Shown here piece by piece: positions 1-9,463 of a stretch of DNA of 64,000 bases. Made by a program: the position numbers and the translations under genes. Numbering within the stretch: the first letter of the stretch is position 1; every line of letters starts with the position of its first letter. The notes under the pieces were generated by a model. The model was not told the origin of the DNA, ran no database searches, and worked only from the letters and a program-made list of their open reading frames with translations. This DNA is from Candidatus Magasanikbacteria bacterium CG11_big_fil_rev_8_21_14_0_20_39_34 (GTDB lineage: Bacteria; Patescibacteriota; Patescibacteriia; Magasanikbacterales; UBA922): assembly GCA_002787355.1 (NCBI GenBank), contig PCWN01000007.1, positions 86,517 to 150,516 of the forward strand, read 5' to 3'.

Positions 1-124
1 CATAATTACAAATATGAACTTTGGTCATACTGATCCGCAATTTATTTTACCACTAGGAATAAAAGCAGAAGTTGATTGCCAGAATAAAAAATTCAAATTG
101 ACTGAAAGTATTTTTGAAGAATAA
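1..124 (+). CDS. LD-carboxypeptidase (peptidase S66) C-terminal fragment, 5'-truncated at window edge
   Basis: Frame 2 translation of nt 2-121 gives ...NFGHTDPQFILPLGIKAEVDCQNKKFKLTESIFEE then stop TAA 122-124. The FGHT(D)P...LPLG block is the conserved C-terminus of LdcA-type S66 peptidases. Confidence 0.4.
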   Translation, partial: IITNMNFGHTDPQFILPLGIKAEVDCQNKKFKLTESIFEE

Positions 125-437
125 ATAAAAGGTGTTTTTGACGTTTGTTTTTGGACTTTTTACAGTTAGTGACTTAAAAGAAACATTTTTTCTCAAAGGA
201 GGGAATGCTTTGCGAAAAAAATATTTTCATTGAAGTTCTTAGCAATTTATTCGTTGTCCCTATTGCTGCACAAAAAACAAAACAGGACTTGCTTAAAAAT
301 AGAAAAATAATACCTTAAAAATATGTTCAGTCTAATCGCTATCGTCTGTGGAATAATCGTTGGTACTATGGCTGAGGGATTAGGGTGTGGTTGTGGGTAA
401 AAAAGTGATACATAACATTGTAAAAAAACGAAAAAAT

Positions 438-1364
438 ATGATACAAATCCTCACAATTATAGCTCCTCTGTTTCTAATAATTTTTGCGAGCGCATTGCTG
501 CAAAAATTCAAAAACATTGGAGATGAATGGAGCAAGGTTTTAAATGAATTTGCTCTTAAAATTGGTTTGCCAGTATTAATTTTTGCTGCACTTGCGAAAA
601 CTTCTTTTTCATTCAAGGAAGAATCATCATTGATAATTGCAAATTCATTATTTCTGCTTGTAAGCTTTATACTTGCAGTTATAGTAGGAAAAATTTTGCA
701 CCTCAAAAAACAGATGTTTCTGACATTTTTCATCTGTTTTGTTTTTGGCAACATCGCCTATTTGGGTATACCAGTATTAACATCGGTTTCAGGAGAACAG
801 ATACTTCCAAAGTTGAGTTTGATTATCGCAATCTACCTATTTTGGCTTTTTACGATTGGAATAGGCTATTTGGATTACTCATTAAATAAAAATAAAAAGG
901 ACGTTACCAAAAACATGCTAAAAAATTTCACCCAAAACCCGCTTCTCCTTGCGGTTATTTTCGGTCTTCTTTTTGGTAGCCTAAAAATCACAATACCCTC
1001 AATAATACTTAAATCTTTAGAAATGATTAGCGCTTCAGTAACACCAATTGTCTTGGTGGTAATTGGGCTTTTCATAGGAACATCAAAAATAGGAAAACTT
1101 TCAGAATGGTTCCCTGTCTTATTATTTTCATTATTTACTCTCATCATATTTCCAGCAGGTTTTTATTTTAGTGCAAAATTTTTTGGTCTTGTGCCATCAC
1201 AGTTTATGAGTTCGATAATTGAAGCAGCAATGCCGCTCGCTATTACTCCCTTTGCACTATCTGATAAATATAATCTACACAAAACCTTTATTGCACGCTC
1301 AATTGTGCTAAGTACAATTTTATCGGTTGTTTCTCTTCCTTTTTGGATCTCATTGATAGGTTAA
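438..1364 (+). CDS. AEC-family (auxin efflux carrier / malate permease-like) membrane transporter
   Basis: ORF 387..1364; polytopic membrane protein with the AEC-like N-terminus MIQILTIIAPLFLIIFASALL. ATG at 438 preferred over the upstream GTG at 387. Confidence 0.55.
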   Translation: MIQILTIIAPLFLIIFASALLQKFKNIGDEWSKVLNEFALKIGLPVLIFAALAKTSFSFKEESSLIIANSLFLLVSFILAVIVGKILHLKKQMFLTFFICFVFGNIAYLGIPVLTSVSGEQILPKLSLIIAIYLFWLFTIGIGYLDYSLNKNKKDVTKNMLKNFTQNPLLLAVIFGLLFGSLKITIPSIILKSLEMISASVTPIVLVVIGLFIGTSKIGKLSEWFPVLLFSLFTLIIFPAGFYFSAKFFGLVPSQFMSSIIEAAMPLAITPFALSDKYNLHKTFIARSIVLSTILSVVSLPFWISLIG

Positions 1365-1521
1365 TATATGACGTCCGACAACAAGTACTCTACGATTTCA
1401 CTGCACTCTGTTTGTTCCTCCAATATTCATTGGCGGCAAAGCCCTGCAGGTGATATTATATCGCCAAGGAACATTGCATATGTCGTTCATAACATACGCC
1501 AAGTACAATAAGCTCCATATT

Positions 1522-1887
1522 ATGGAAACAAGCCCAAAACACGACGAAAAAATAGCAAATATGACATTTGCCTCAGTGTACCCTCACTATATAACAAAAG
1601 TTGAAAAGAAGGGGAGAACGAAAGAAGAATTACATCAGGTTATAGAATGGCTAACCGGATTCAACGAAAGAAAGCTCCAAGAACTTATAGATAAAAAAGT
1701 AAATTTTCAAACATTTTTTCAAAAAGCAAAATTAAATCCCAAGGCTTCTCTCGTTAGAGGAGTAATATGCGGATATCGTATAGAAGAAATCAAAAGTCCA
1801 CTAACACAGAAAGTAAGATATTTGGACAAGCTTGTTGATGAATTAGCAAAAGGAAGGGCGATGGAGAAAATTTTACGGAAGGAATAA
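1522..1887 (+). CDS. DUF2200 family protein
   Basis: MTFASVYPHYITKVEKKGRTKEELHQVIEWLTGF matches the conserved DUF2200 N-terminal block. In-frame ATG at 1522 chosen within ORF 1450..1887. Confidence 0.55.
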   Translation: METSPKHDEKIANMTFASVYPHYITKVEKKGRTKEELHQVIEWLTGFNERKLQELIDKKVNFQTFFQKAKLNPKASLVRGVICGYRIEEIKSPLTQKVRYLDKLVDELAKGRAMEKILRKE

Positions 1888-1926
1888 AATAAAATTTGGA
1901 ATCAACATAATTTTTAATAAAAAACT

Positions 1927-2376
1927 ATGTCAACCAATACCGTAACATTACACAGGGTGATCAAAGCAGAACCGGAAAAGATTTTTCGCGCCTTTTCTGA
2001 TCCTATGGCTTATTCATGGTGGATACCACCTTACGGATTTTTGTGTCTGGTTGACCATATGGAGTTTAAAGAGGGAGGAACCTACAAGATGTCATTTGTC
2101 AATTTTTCCACTGGAAACAAACATTCCTTTGGTGGTGAATATTTGGAAATAAAGCTAAATGAATTTATAAAAGCCACAGATAAATTTGATGACCCAAATC
2201 TGCAAGGGGAGATGATTACTTCTGTTTGGATCAAAAAAGTTTCATGTGGTACAGAACTTAAAGTTGTTCAAGAAGGTATTCCTTCAGCAATACCAGTAGA
2301 AATGTGTTATTTAGGTTGGCAGGAATCATTGGACAAATTGAAAAAATTGGTTGAACCCGAAATACCAGATGCGTAA
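1927..2376 (+). CDS. SRPBCC / AHSA1 (activator of Hsp90 ATPase homolog 1-like) domain protein
   Basis: 149 aa; IFRAFSDP...WW...G...K..F motif spacing typical of AHSA1/SRPBCC small proteins. Confidence 0.55.
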   Translation: MSTNTVTLHRVIKAEPEKIFRAFSDPMAYSWWIPPYGFLCLVDHMEFKEGGTYKMSFVNFSTGNKHSFGGEYLEIKLNEFIKATDKFDDPNLQGEMITSVWIKKVSCGTELKVVQEGIPSAIPVEMCYLGWQESLDKLKKLVEPEIPDA

Positions 2377-2416
2377 TGCAGAAATGTTAGCAGACATTCA
2401 AATTTGAACAATTTAT

Positions 2417-2797
2417 ATGAAGATACATCACGTAGCGGTAACAGTTAATGATCTCAAAGAAAGTGTCGATTTTTACACCCAAATTTTGGGATTTGAAATC
2501 GCCAGACAATTTGCTCGTGAAGATATGGGAGCATATGCTGCTTTTGTAAAACTAGAAGACTTTAAAATTGAGTTGTGGCAATTTCAAGACACAAAAGAGG
2601 ACGCCAACTCGTTGGGTGACATAAAAGTAATAGGTATCAGACACATTGCGTTTGAAGTCGAAAATCTAGAAGAAACAATTCAGGAATTGTCAAAAAAAGG
2701 ATTGAAATTTACTAAACCAAAACTTGGGGCAAGTGGACATCACTATTCCTTTAGTTCTGATCCAAACGGTGTTGCGCTTGAATTTTATGAAAAATAA
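2417..2797 (+). CDS. VOC family (glyoxalase/bleomycin-resistance-like) protein
   Basis: MKIHHVAVTVNDLKESVDFYTQILGFE, HIAFEVENLEETIQELSKKGL, and a C-terminal DPNGVALEF: classic paired beta-alpha-beta-beta-beta VOC modules. Confidence 0.65.
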   Translation: MKIHHVAVTVNDLKESVDFYTQILGFEIARQFAREDMGAYAAFVKLEDFKIELWQFQDTKEDANSLGDIKVIGIRHIAFEVENLEETIQELSKKGLKFTKPKLGASGHHYSFSSDPNGVALEFYEK

Positions 2798-3233
2798 GGA
2801 GTGCGTTCAAAGTAGATATGTGGTACGAACAGTTGGTTGTTTTCTCGAGTGGGATGGAAAATTCTTAATCCTTTTAAGACGTCCAGAAAAACATGAAGGG
2901 AATAAATGGGATATTCCTGCTGGTAAAGTTAGGTTAAACGAAACTGATAAGCAGGCGATTTTAAGAGAGCTTGAGGAAGAAACCGGTTATAGGGGGGCAG
3001 AAGAGGAGTTGGAACTCATAAGAGATCATGTATTTTATTTTTCTGACCTTATAGTAGAGTTTCCTACATTTCGTATTACGTTACAACAACCAATTGAGGT
3101 TAGGCACAGCCCACAAGAACATCAGAAATATAAATGGGTTACTGCTGAAGAATGTTATGCAATGCCAGATTTACATGCTGGTTTTCATGATCTTTTGGAA
3201 AAGATAGGTTATATTAACACTGGCGCTTCATAA
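2787..3233 (+). CDS. NUDIX hydrolase
   Basis: Nudix box GKVRLNETDKQAILRELEEETGY (GX5EX7REUXEEXGU-like). Start MKNKEC at 2787 within ORF 2724..3233; 11-nt overlap with the upstream VOC gene. Confidence 0.7.
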   Translation: MKNKECVQSRYVVRTVGCFLEWDGKFLILLRRPEKHEGNKWDIPAGKVRLNETDKQAILRELEEETGYRGAEEELELIRDHVFYFSDLIVEFPTFRITLQQPIEVRHSPQEHQKYKWVTAEECYAMPDLHAGFHDLLEKIGYINTGAS

Positions 3234-3275
3234 CATAAAAGTAGTATTTCCGGTTTGCCTATTTGTAAACATTAG

Positions 3276-3797
3276 GTGAAATTTTTAACCCAAAATACTA
3301 TGACAAAAAATATTGTCAATACAGCGTATATCTACATAGCCATTTTTTCGGTGGTTACAATTGAAATTTTTTGTGCCAAATTAGCTTTTGAGACACTTGC
3401 AGAAATTACATCAGGATTATACTTCTTTGTCATTGCAATAAACATAGTCCCCATAGTTTTGATCCTATTTAATAAACAAAAGCATGTAGCAATGGGCATT
3501 ATTGCAGTTATAGGCTTCATAATTATTCCTTATCAACTCTACCTTGGAAATAAATTAATTAACATTAAAGAAGAGGCTGCCAATATTACCGCTTATGTAT
3601 ATGCGCAAAAAGTTGATAATGGTATGTATCCAAAGGACATTTCTGGATACACATTCACATTTCCGGAGTTAAAGAAAAATTTTAATTATAACCAAGAGTC
3701 TCTTGAGCAATTTACACTGTATTATTATGTTGGCAATGAAGGAACATCTCACTTTTATAATTCAGATACGAAAAAGTGGGGTTACTATCCAGACTGA
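3276..3797 (+). CDS. hypothetical membrane protein
   Basis: 173-aa ORF with 3 predicted TM helices in the N-terminal half; no recognisable family. Confidence 0.4.
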   Translation: MKFLTQNTMTKNIVNTAYIYIAIFSVVTIEIFCAKLAFETLAEITSGLYFFVIAINIVPIVLILFNKQKHVAMGIIAVIGFIIIPYQLYLGNKLINIKEEAANITAYVYAQKVDNGMYPKDISGYTFTFPELKKNFNYNQESLEQFTLYYYVGNEGTSHFYNSDTKKWGYYPD

Positions 3798-4067
3798 CGT
3801 TTAGGTTAAAAACATCGCTTAATCATGAATAACCGTTTTACTCATTTCACTTTTTCCCCTTCATCCAAATTGGATGTGGTAGGGGGGCTAGAGCACTGTA
3901 TTGGAATGCTCTGTAAAATCGAGAAAAAGATTATGGAGACAATACTTGTAATTTTAACTATAGTTCTTCTGTAGGGGAGTAGTATTCCGCTATTATACAA
4001 AGCACAAAATATCTGGCTCAAAAATTTGATGTACTTTAGAATTATAATTTTTAAGAAAGAAGAAATG

Positions 4068-4107
4068 AGTTGATTTCTTCGTGAAAAAAATCAACTGGTT
4101 TTTTTTT
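4068..4107 (+). terminator. rho-independent terminator-like hairpin
   Basis: AGTTGATTT-loop-AAATCAACT followed by a T9 run. Confidence 0.45.
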
Positions 4108-4159
4108 GTGTATGTATAAGGCTGAGATATAACGATTGTATATGCTTACATAGTTTTTT

Positions 4160-4196
4160 TGCTATAATTGCGCAATTTCATTTTGTGGGTTATAAT
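4160..4196 (+). promoter_or_regulatory. tandem sigma70-like promoters (extended -10 TGCTATAAT; TTGCGC-17-TATAAT)
   Basis: TGcTATAAT at ~4160-4168; TTGCGC (4168-4173), 17-nt spacer, TATAAT (4191-4196). About 255 nt upstream of the asparaginase start. Confidence 0.45.
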
Positions 4197-4457
4197 TTCA
4201 ACAAAATTTGCCATATGGTCGTATTTATGGTGCAATATTACAAGTATAGTACTAGGGTACGGATATGAGACAATTTGTTATTTATATACGAAGTAAAGTT
4301 CGTATATAAGCGAGTTAAGTGAAATAAAGATAATCTTTCAAAAGATAGACAAATTTGATTTTTTCTTTATAATAGGAGGAAAAAAATATTGAGTTTTCCT
4401 CCGCTGTTATTCGAGAAAACGATTTATTTATAAACTTTGAAATATTACAGTAATATT

Positions 4458-5555
4458 ATGACTACATACACTAAAAAAAGAGTACTTGTCATTTTTACAG
4501 GAGGAACCGTAGCCGGTAATGTTGCGAAGAGCAAAGTTTCCCAAAATACAAAATCTGATCCAAATAATTTTATAGCTATATTGGAAGATTCCGTAGATAT
4601 TGTAAAAAAGAACTGGCACATCGAGATTAGTCCTTCTATTGTTGAGTTGCTCAATGTTGATAGCTCTAATATGCAACCAGAGAATTGGACTATGATAATT
4701 GAAGAAATCCATAAAAAATATGATGATTATGATTCGTTTATTGTATTACATGGAACAAATACAATGGGATACACGGCAGCAGCTTTAACTTTTTCCCTTG
4801 AAAATATTAACAAGCCTGTAATCTTGACTGGAGCACAGGTCCCTTTGGGTTACTTAGGAACAGATTCCGTGACAAATTTAGTTAATTCTTTAAGAATGGC
4901 AGTTTGGGGCTATCACGAGATCAAAGGAGTAATGGCTGTATTTGGTAGCAAGATAATCACTGGTGCAAGAGTTAAAAAAGGGACTGATTTTGACTACGAT
5001 CCTTTCAAAGCCTTTCAAACAGGATCCTTGGGAGAAATCGGAAGATTTATGAGAATTGATGAAGCCGCAATGAAAAGACATGTCTCTTATTTGTCAAAAT
5101 ATAAAGCCTTAGCAATACAATCTAAGGTTCTAAGTGTAAAGAAAAATTTTGAAACTAAACATATTGCATCGCTTACAGAATTTCCAGGAATGTCCGAAAA
5201 TATTTTTCAATCTTTGGTTGAAAATAATGGGATAAAGGCATTTGTTTTTAGAGCATTTGGGGCTGGTGACCCAAGTAGTCATTTGTTTCCTGCGTTTAAG
5301 TATCTAAAGAAAAAGAAAATTCCAATTGTTATAACTACACAAGCACCAAGTGGTGTTTCAAATTTTCAAGTAAACGAGACAGGACAATATTTAAGAGAAC
5401 ACGATTTGGCAATTCCTGCGTATGATATGAGTATTGAAGCAATGACTGTAAAATTGGCTTGGTTATTGGCTCAAAAAACAAAATACGAAGATATCAAACA
5501 GAAAATGATTGAAGATATGCATGGGGAAATTACCCTTGAACAAGAATTAATTTAG
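4458..5555 (+). CDS. L-asparaginase family protein (type I asparaginase / GatD-like)
   Basis: VLVIFTGGTVAG N-terminal threonine motif, HGTNTMGYTAAAL and GAQVPLG blocks typical of asparaginases. Start ATG 4458 within ORF 4437..5555. Confidence 0.75.
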   Translation: MTTYTKKRVLVIFTGGTVAGNVAKSKVSQNTKSDPNNFIAILEDSVDIVKKNWHIEISPSIVELLNVDSSNMQPENWTMIIEEIHKKYDDYDSFIVLHGTNTMGYTAAALTFSLENINKPVILTGAQVPLGYLGTDSVTNLVNSLRMAVWGYHEIKGVMAVFGSKIITGARVKKGTDFDYDPFKAFQTGSLGEIGRFMRIDEAAMKRHVSYLSKYKALAIQSKVLSVKKNFETKHIASLTEFPGMSENIFQSLVENNGIKAFVFRAFGAGDPSSHLFPAFKYLKKKKIPIVITTQAPSGVSNFQVNETGQYLREHDLAIPAYDMSIEAMTVKLAWLLAQKTKYEDIKQKMIEDMHGEITLEQELI

Positions 5556-5910
5556 AGAGTTTTGAAAAATGAAACTCACTTCTAACCCCTTTTTCATTTT
5601 TCAAGACGGGAAAAATCAAATTTATAAAGATTGAGGAAAGCCTATTATAATGAGTAAGAACAAGAAATATTTGTTGGGCTCATGTCGCTACGCGCTCCGT
5701 GTCACGCTGTATCCTCGTTGGACTGCGTTTCGCTTGTAGTGTATAACAGTGACTAAATGGAAAGCTCGTTGCACTTCGCTTTTTCAAACTTGCCAATTGT
5801 GAGCCTTCGGTATATTATACAATTAGTAAATTTCGTTTGGTTGCAAACGTTAGGCAAATTGTGTTAACTTTTTCCACGATTTTGCCACTTTAATTATTAC
5901 CTACAAACGT

Positions 5911-6780
5911 ATGAAAAAAATAATTATTTGGGTCATCGTAGTCATTATTGTAGTTGCTATTGGTGAAGGTTTTTGGTGGTGGCAAAACAATAATAAATCT
6001 ATAACAGATACATCTCACACAACAGAGAATGCTGAAGAACTAGTATTGAAAAATGTTAATGAACAAGAAAACAAAATCTTTGATAATAAGAAACTTGTAC
6101 CTTCACAGCAAAATGACAATAAAATTATTTCCTATCAAACAGGAAAATACACTATTTTTTATGAATTGAATAATAATCCCTTTGCACAAAAAAAAGTAAC
6201 TGTTTACTTAGATGATGGCAATGAAAAAACTGAACTATTTCAAGAAACGGCTTGGTCAATTGGCGGTAGCAATCCAGAATTTCAAGAGATAAAATCCAAC
6301 AATATAGTCTTGCTTACTTTTACCAATGGAGACATGGGTTGGTTTCAAAAAAATTATCATTATGTAAATGTCACTAATAAAGAGGTTATATCTGTTGAAG
6401 ATATTGATGTTGATGCTGGGTTAATAAAAATTTCTAATCAAAAACAAGATTGGGAAATTTCCACATTCATAAAAAATGAGTGTAAATATTTTGAAGATGG
6501 AAAAGTTAAAATTAGAGACGGAGAAAATTCATATCTAACGGACTTGACTTTAAATGGTAAAAGAGTCAACGTTCTAACACAAGAAAGGGTATTAAAATGT
6601 ATAGATTCAGATGGTTTAGGCACGGGACTTAATCCTGATGTGGATTTGAAATATTCAGGAATAAGTAAAGATCTATCAAAAATTTTCTTTTCTTTGACAA
6701 GTACAGATGGTGTTGAATTTGCTTTTGATATAAATAATCAAACAATATTAGAAAGTGTGCCACAAGATTTGGTGGAATAA
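5911..6780 (+). CDS. hypothetical membrane-anchored/secreted protein
   Basis: N-terminal TM/signal anchor IIIWVIVVIIVVAIG then a Trp-rich soluble domain; no family recognised. Confidence 0.4.
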   Translation: MKKIIIWVIVVIIVVAIGEGFWWWQNNNKSITDTSHTTENAEELVLKNVNEQENKIFDNKKLVPSQQNDNKIISYQTGKYTIFYELNNNPFAQKKVTVYLDDGNEKTELFQETAWSIGGSNPEFQEIKSNNIVLLTFTNGDMGWFQKNYHYVNVTNKEVISVEDIDVDAGLIKISNQKQDWEISTFIKNECKYFEDGKVKIRDGENSYLTDLTLNGKRVNVLTQERVLKCIDSDGLGTGLNPDVDLKYSGISKDLSKIFFSLTSTDGVEFAFDINNQTILESVPQDLVE

Positions 6781-7007
6781 AAAATCAGCGTGGCTGTCGC
6801 CTAACACGGAGTGTTCGATTATACAAAATTGCATTTCACATAAATTACGGTGCGTGATTTTACACTGACCTTATTTTTGCTCTGATTGGTTGCGAAAACT
6901 ACGGATACAATGATACATTGTGTGACATTATGAAAAAAATTAAATCACAGTCATGAAAAAAACATACCTTTTTTTGCAAAACATTTATAATTAGTTAACA
7001 CAATTTT

Positions 7008-7454
7008 ATGGAACCACTTATTGTAGGAATTCTGGGCGCAGTAATAAGCGCTATCATTGGGACACTATGGTATGCTAGATCCACTCCCATGGGGAGATGG
7101 CATATGGAATACCTTGGTTTTGATAAGCTTCCAGAAGAAGAGAGACAAAAAATGATTGCAGAGGCAAAACCAAAAATGTGGAAAAGCTATCTAGCACAAT
7201 TTTTCCTTTCATTTTTAACATCGGTGTTTATTGGTTTTGTCACAAGCTACACCGTTCAAAATGGTGGTCCGGAAAATGCCGTCTATTTTTATGTTTTTTC
7301 CGTTTGGTTTGCGTTTACCGTGCCTATGGTTGGACAAAACATTCTTTGGGGAACTTCCGGGGGCAGCTTAGCGTGGAAAAGGTTCTTTTCAGATATTTTC
7401 ATGAACTTGATTACCTATTTCATTATTGCTTTTGTTGCAACTTTGTTTTTTTAA
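7008..7454 (+). CDS. DUF1761-like membrane protein
   Basis: 148 aa, 4 TM, N-terminal LGAVISAIIGTLWY; resembles DUF1761 small membrane proteins. Confidence 0.4.
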   Translation: MEPLIVGILGAVISAIIGTLWYARSTPMGRWHMEYLGFDKLPEEERQKMIAEAKPKMWKSYLAQFFLSFLTSVFIGFVTSYTVQNGGPENAVYFYVFSVWFAFTVPMVGQNILWGTSGGSLAWKRFFSDIFMNLITYFIIAFVATLFF

Positions 7455-7486
7455 TTTTCAATTTTTAAACGAATTTTTTGTTTAGG

Positions 7487-8017
7487 ATGAAAAAATTACA
7501 TACTATGGGAAAGAAAATTGTTATCGTAAATGATTCAATGCAAAAAAATTATACCTATGAGCTGGTAGAACCCATGGGAAAAAATTTTGATCTTTCCTTC
7601 AAGCCAGAACTTACACCCAAGCAGATGCTTGAGTTGGGAGTATTTGGGGGACATTACATGACTGATTGTAAAAAAGAGTTTCCCAAAGAGTGGTTTGAAA
7701 ATGCAAAAATAAATCCTGATAAACCAGACAACACACTCAATTACTTTCATAAACATGCATCTCAACCGCTCAAAGTTTGGAAGCAAAAAGGATGGATAAA
7801 TGAAAAACATGATCCACGTGGCTGGTTTCAGTGGTACTGTAGATATTATATGGGCAGAAGGCTTCCGGAAGAAGATACAAGACAGATTAAACGCTGGAAA
7901 GCATATCGCAGGCATTTAGCTCAGGTAGTAAAAAATTGTAAAGCGAAAGATTTTTCCTGTCGAGCAAAACAAAGGCAGTCACTCCTTCATTGGGCGTATG
8001 ACTCTCGAAAGATTTAA
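7487..8017 (+). CDS. hypothetical protein with conserved W/Y/R-rich motif (GWFQWYCRYYMGRR)
   Basis: ORF 7478(TTG)..8017; first ATG at 7487. Soluble and basic, with no confident family assignment. Confidence 0.4.
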   Translation: MKKLHTMGKKIVIVNDSMQKNYTYELVEPMGKNFDLSFKPELTPKQMLELGVFGGHYMTDCKKEFPKEWFENAKINPDKPDNTLNYFHKHASQPLKVWKQKGWINEKHDPRGWFQWYCRYYMGRRLPEEDTRQIKRWKAYRRHLAQVVKNCKAKDFSCRAKQRQSLLHWAYDSRKI

Positions 8018-8038
8018 GGTAAGAAACAATAAGCTCTT

Positions 8039-8503
8039 ATGAAACAAAGTGCGTGGTATATATTTTGGGTCGCTCTTATAACATTGATTGGTATACTTTT
8101 GTTTCAACTGGGGAATTGTTTTGGAGAGCATGGAAGTGATATTAAAAATTTTTGTACTAGCAGTAGGCTGGTTTATTATTTGTGGAGATATCCATTGGGT
8201 TCAATTTTTCTTTTTTTTGTGGCACCATTGTTTGCGGTTCTGGCTCAGTTTAAAATATTTCTCATATTTGAGAAAAAAAGATCGCTTATCTTTTCCTATG
8301 TGTTTTCGCCTTTTCCCATCATTCTCTATGGAATCTTGTTTTTAATGCTTGTTTACTACAGAAATAGTCAAAACATGGCACATGAGCTTGACCTCTCTAG
8401 AATATTGTGGTGGATTTGTGGTACATTTGTCATAGGTTTTTTCTCCATAATTGTATATAGACTCCTTTTTTCTCAGAAGAAAAAAATAGTATCTAATAAA
8501 TAG
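8039..8503 (+). CDS. hypothetical membrane protein
   Basis: 154 aa, 4 TM helices. Confidence 0.35.
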   Translation: MKQSAWYIFWVALITLIGILLFQLGNCFGEHGSDIKNFCTSSRLVYYLWRYPLGSIFLFFVAPLFAVLAQFKIFLIFEKKRSLIFSYVFSPFPIILYGILFLMLVYYRNSQNMAHELDLSRILWWICGTFVIGFFSIIVYRLLFSQKKKIVSNK

Positions 8504-8542
8504 ATATCTAAAATAAACTCAATTAAAAAATAAAAAAATTTT

Positions 8543-9049
8543 GTGAGCAAAACATACCTAAAAAACCCAACCTTTTTAATTCCTATTCTTTTTAATGCGT
8601 TTTATATAGTGTGGACCGTTATTCGTATAGCCATGCGTGGTTTTTATTCGGGAACACACATGAACCAAGATTTGATTTTTTTTGGTATTGCTTGGGTCAT
8701 TTTATTCTTTTATAAAGAAAGAGCGTACAAATTCTTTTTTTATACGTTCCTGATCCCTCTGTTTGTAATCCTGTTTCTCGGGGATAAATTTGGGGATCTT
8801 ATTTTAGGAACAAATTTTTCTACATTATATTTTCCTTTTGTAGCCTTGTATTTTTACACTGTGACACAAAAATATATACCAACAAACCTCTTCATAATTA
8901 TTTTGGCTTTTGCAATATTAATAATTGTTCAGGCATTTCATTCAAAGGTGTATGCAGGATATCATGCCGCATTTGGATATTTTATCATTGCTATGATTAT
9001 CCCTTTCGTAACTTCTTACTTGTTTCAACAAAGACAGAAAAAAGTGTAG
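8543..9049 (+). CDS. hypothetical membrane protein
   Basis: 168 aa, GTG start, 5 TM helices. Confidence 0.35.
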   Translation: MSKTYLKNPTFLIPILFNAFYIVWTVIRIAMRGFYSGTHMNQDLIFFGIAWVILFFYKERAYKFFFYTFLIPLFVILFLGDKFGDLILGTNFSTLYFPFVALYFYTVTQKYIPTNLFIIILAFAILIIVQAFHSKVYAGYHAAFGYFIIAMIIPFVTSYLFQQRQKKV

Positions 9050-9082
9050 TTTTAGACAGAATGTTAAGATAAAAAGAATCTT

Positions 9083-9436
9083 ATGGATAAACAAATAGAG
9101 TTAGTAAGGAAGTTCCATGAAAAGTTTCATCAGCCTGTGGCGGATTCTCCTACCCTGATACCAGAGGATAGATCTCAAAATAGATATTCACTTATGAAAA
9201 GTGAAGTTGAAGAATATTTGGAAGGGGTAAAGAATGGGGACTTAGAAAATATAGCAAAAGAATTAGCGGATATTCTCTTTACCGTATATGGAACCATTGT
9301 GGAGCATGGCCTACAAGGTAAAATGGATGAAATTTTTGATGAAGTAACAAAGTCCAATATGAGCAAAGATTATCATAAGTATAAAATGATAAAGGGGGAG
9401 AGTTATAGAGAAGCAGACCTAAGTAAGTTCTTTTAG
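9083..9436 (+). CDS. MazG-like nucleotide pyrophosphohydrolase (all-alpha NTP-PPase)
   Basis: 117 aa; EVEEYLEG...ELADILFTVYG pattern of MazG/NTP-PPase EExxE metal-binding helices. Confidence 0.5.
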   Translation: MDKQIELVRKFHEKFHQPVADSPTLIPEDRSQNRYSLMKSEVEEYLEGVKNGDLENIAKELADILFTVYGTIVEHGLQGKMDEIFDEVTKSNMSKDYHKYKMIKGESYREADLSKFF

Positions 9437-9463
9437 TTTGTACCAAAAAACAATCAATTATCT

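Noticed and set aside
380-1147. Minus-strand ORFs 380..754 and 875..1147 inside the AEC transporter gene
   Set aside because: They are antisense to a well-supported membrane-transporter ORF, have low-complexity translations and no RBS. Treated as spurious.
8088-8345. ORF 8088..8345 (+) overlapping the 8039..8503 membrane protein in another frame
   Set aside because: It lies entirely within a longer ORF with a coherent TM-helix pattern. The alternative frame is Phe/Trp-rich noise.
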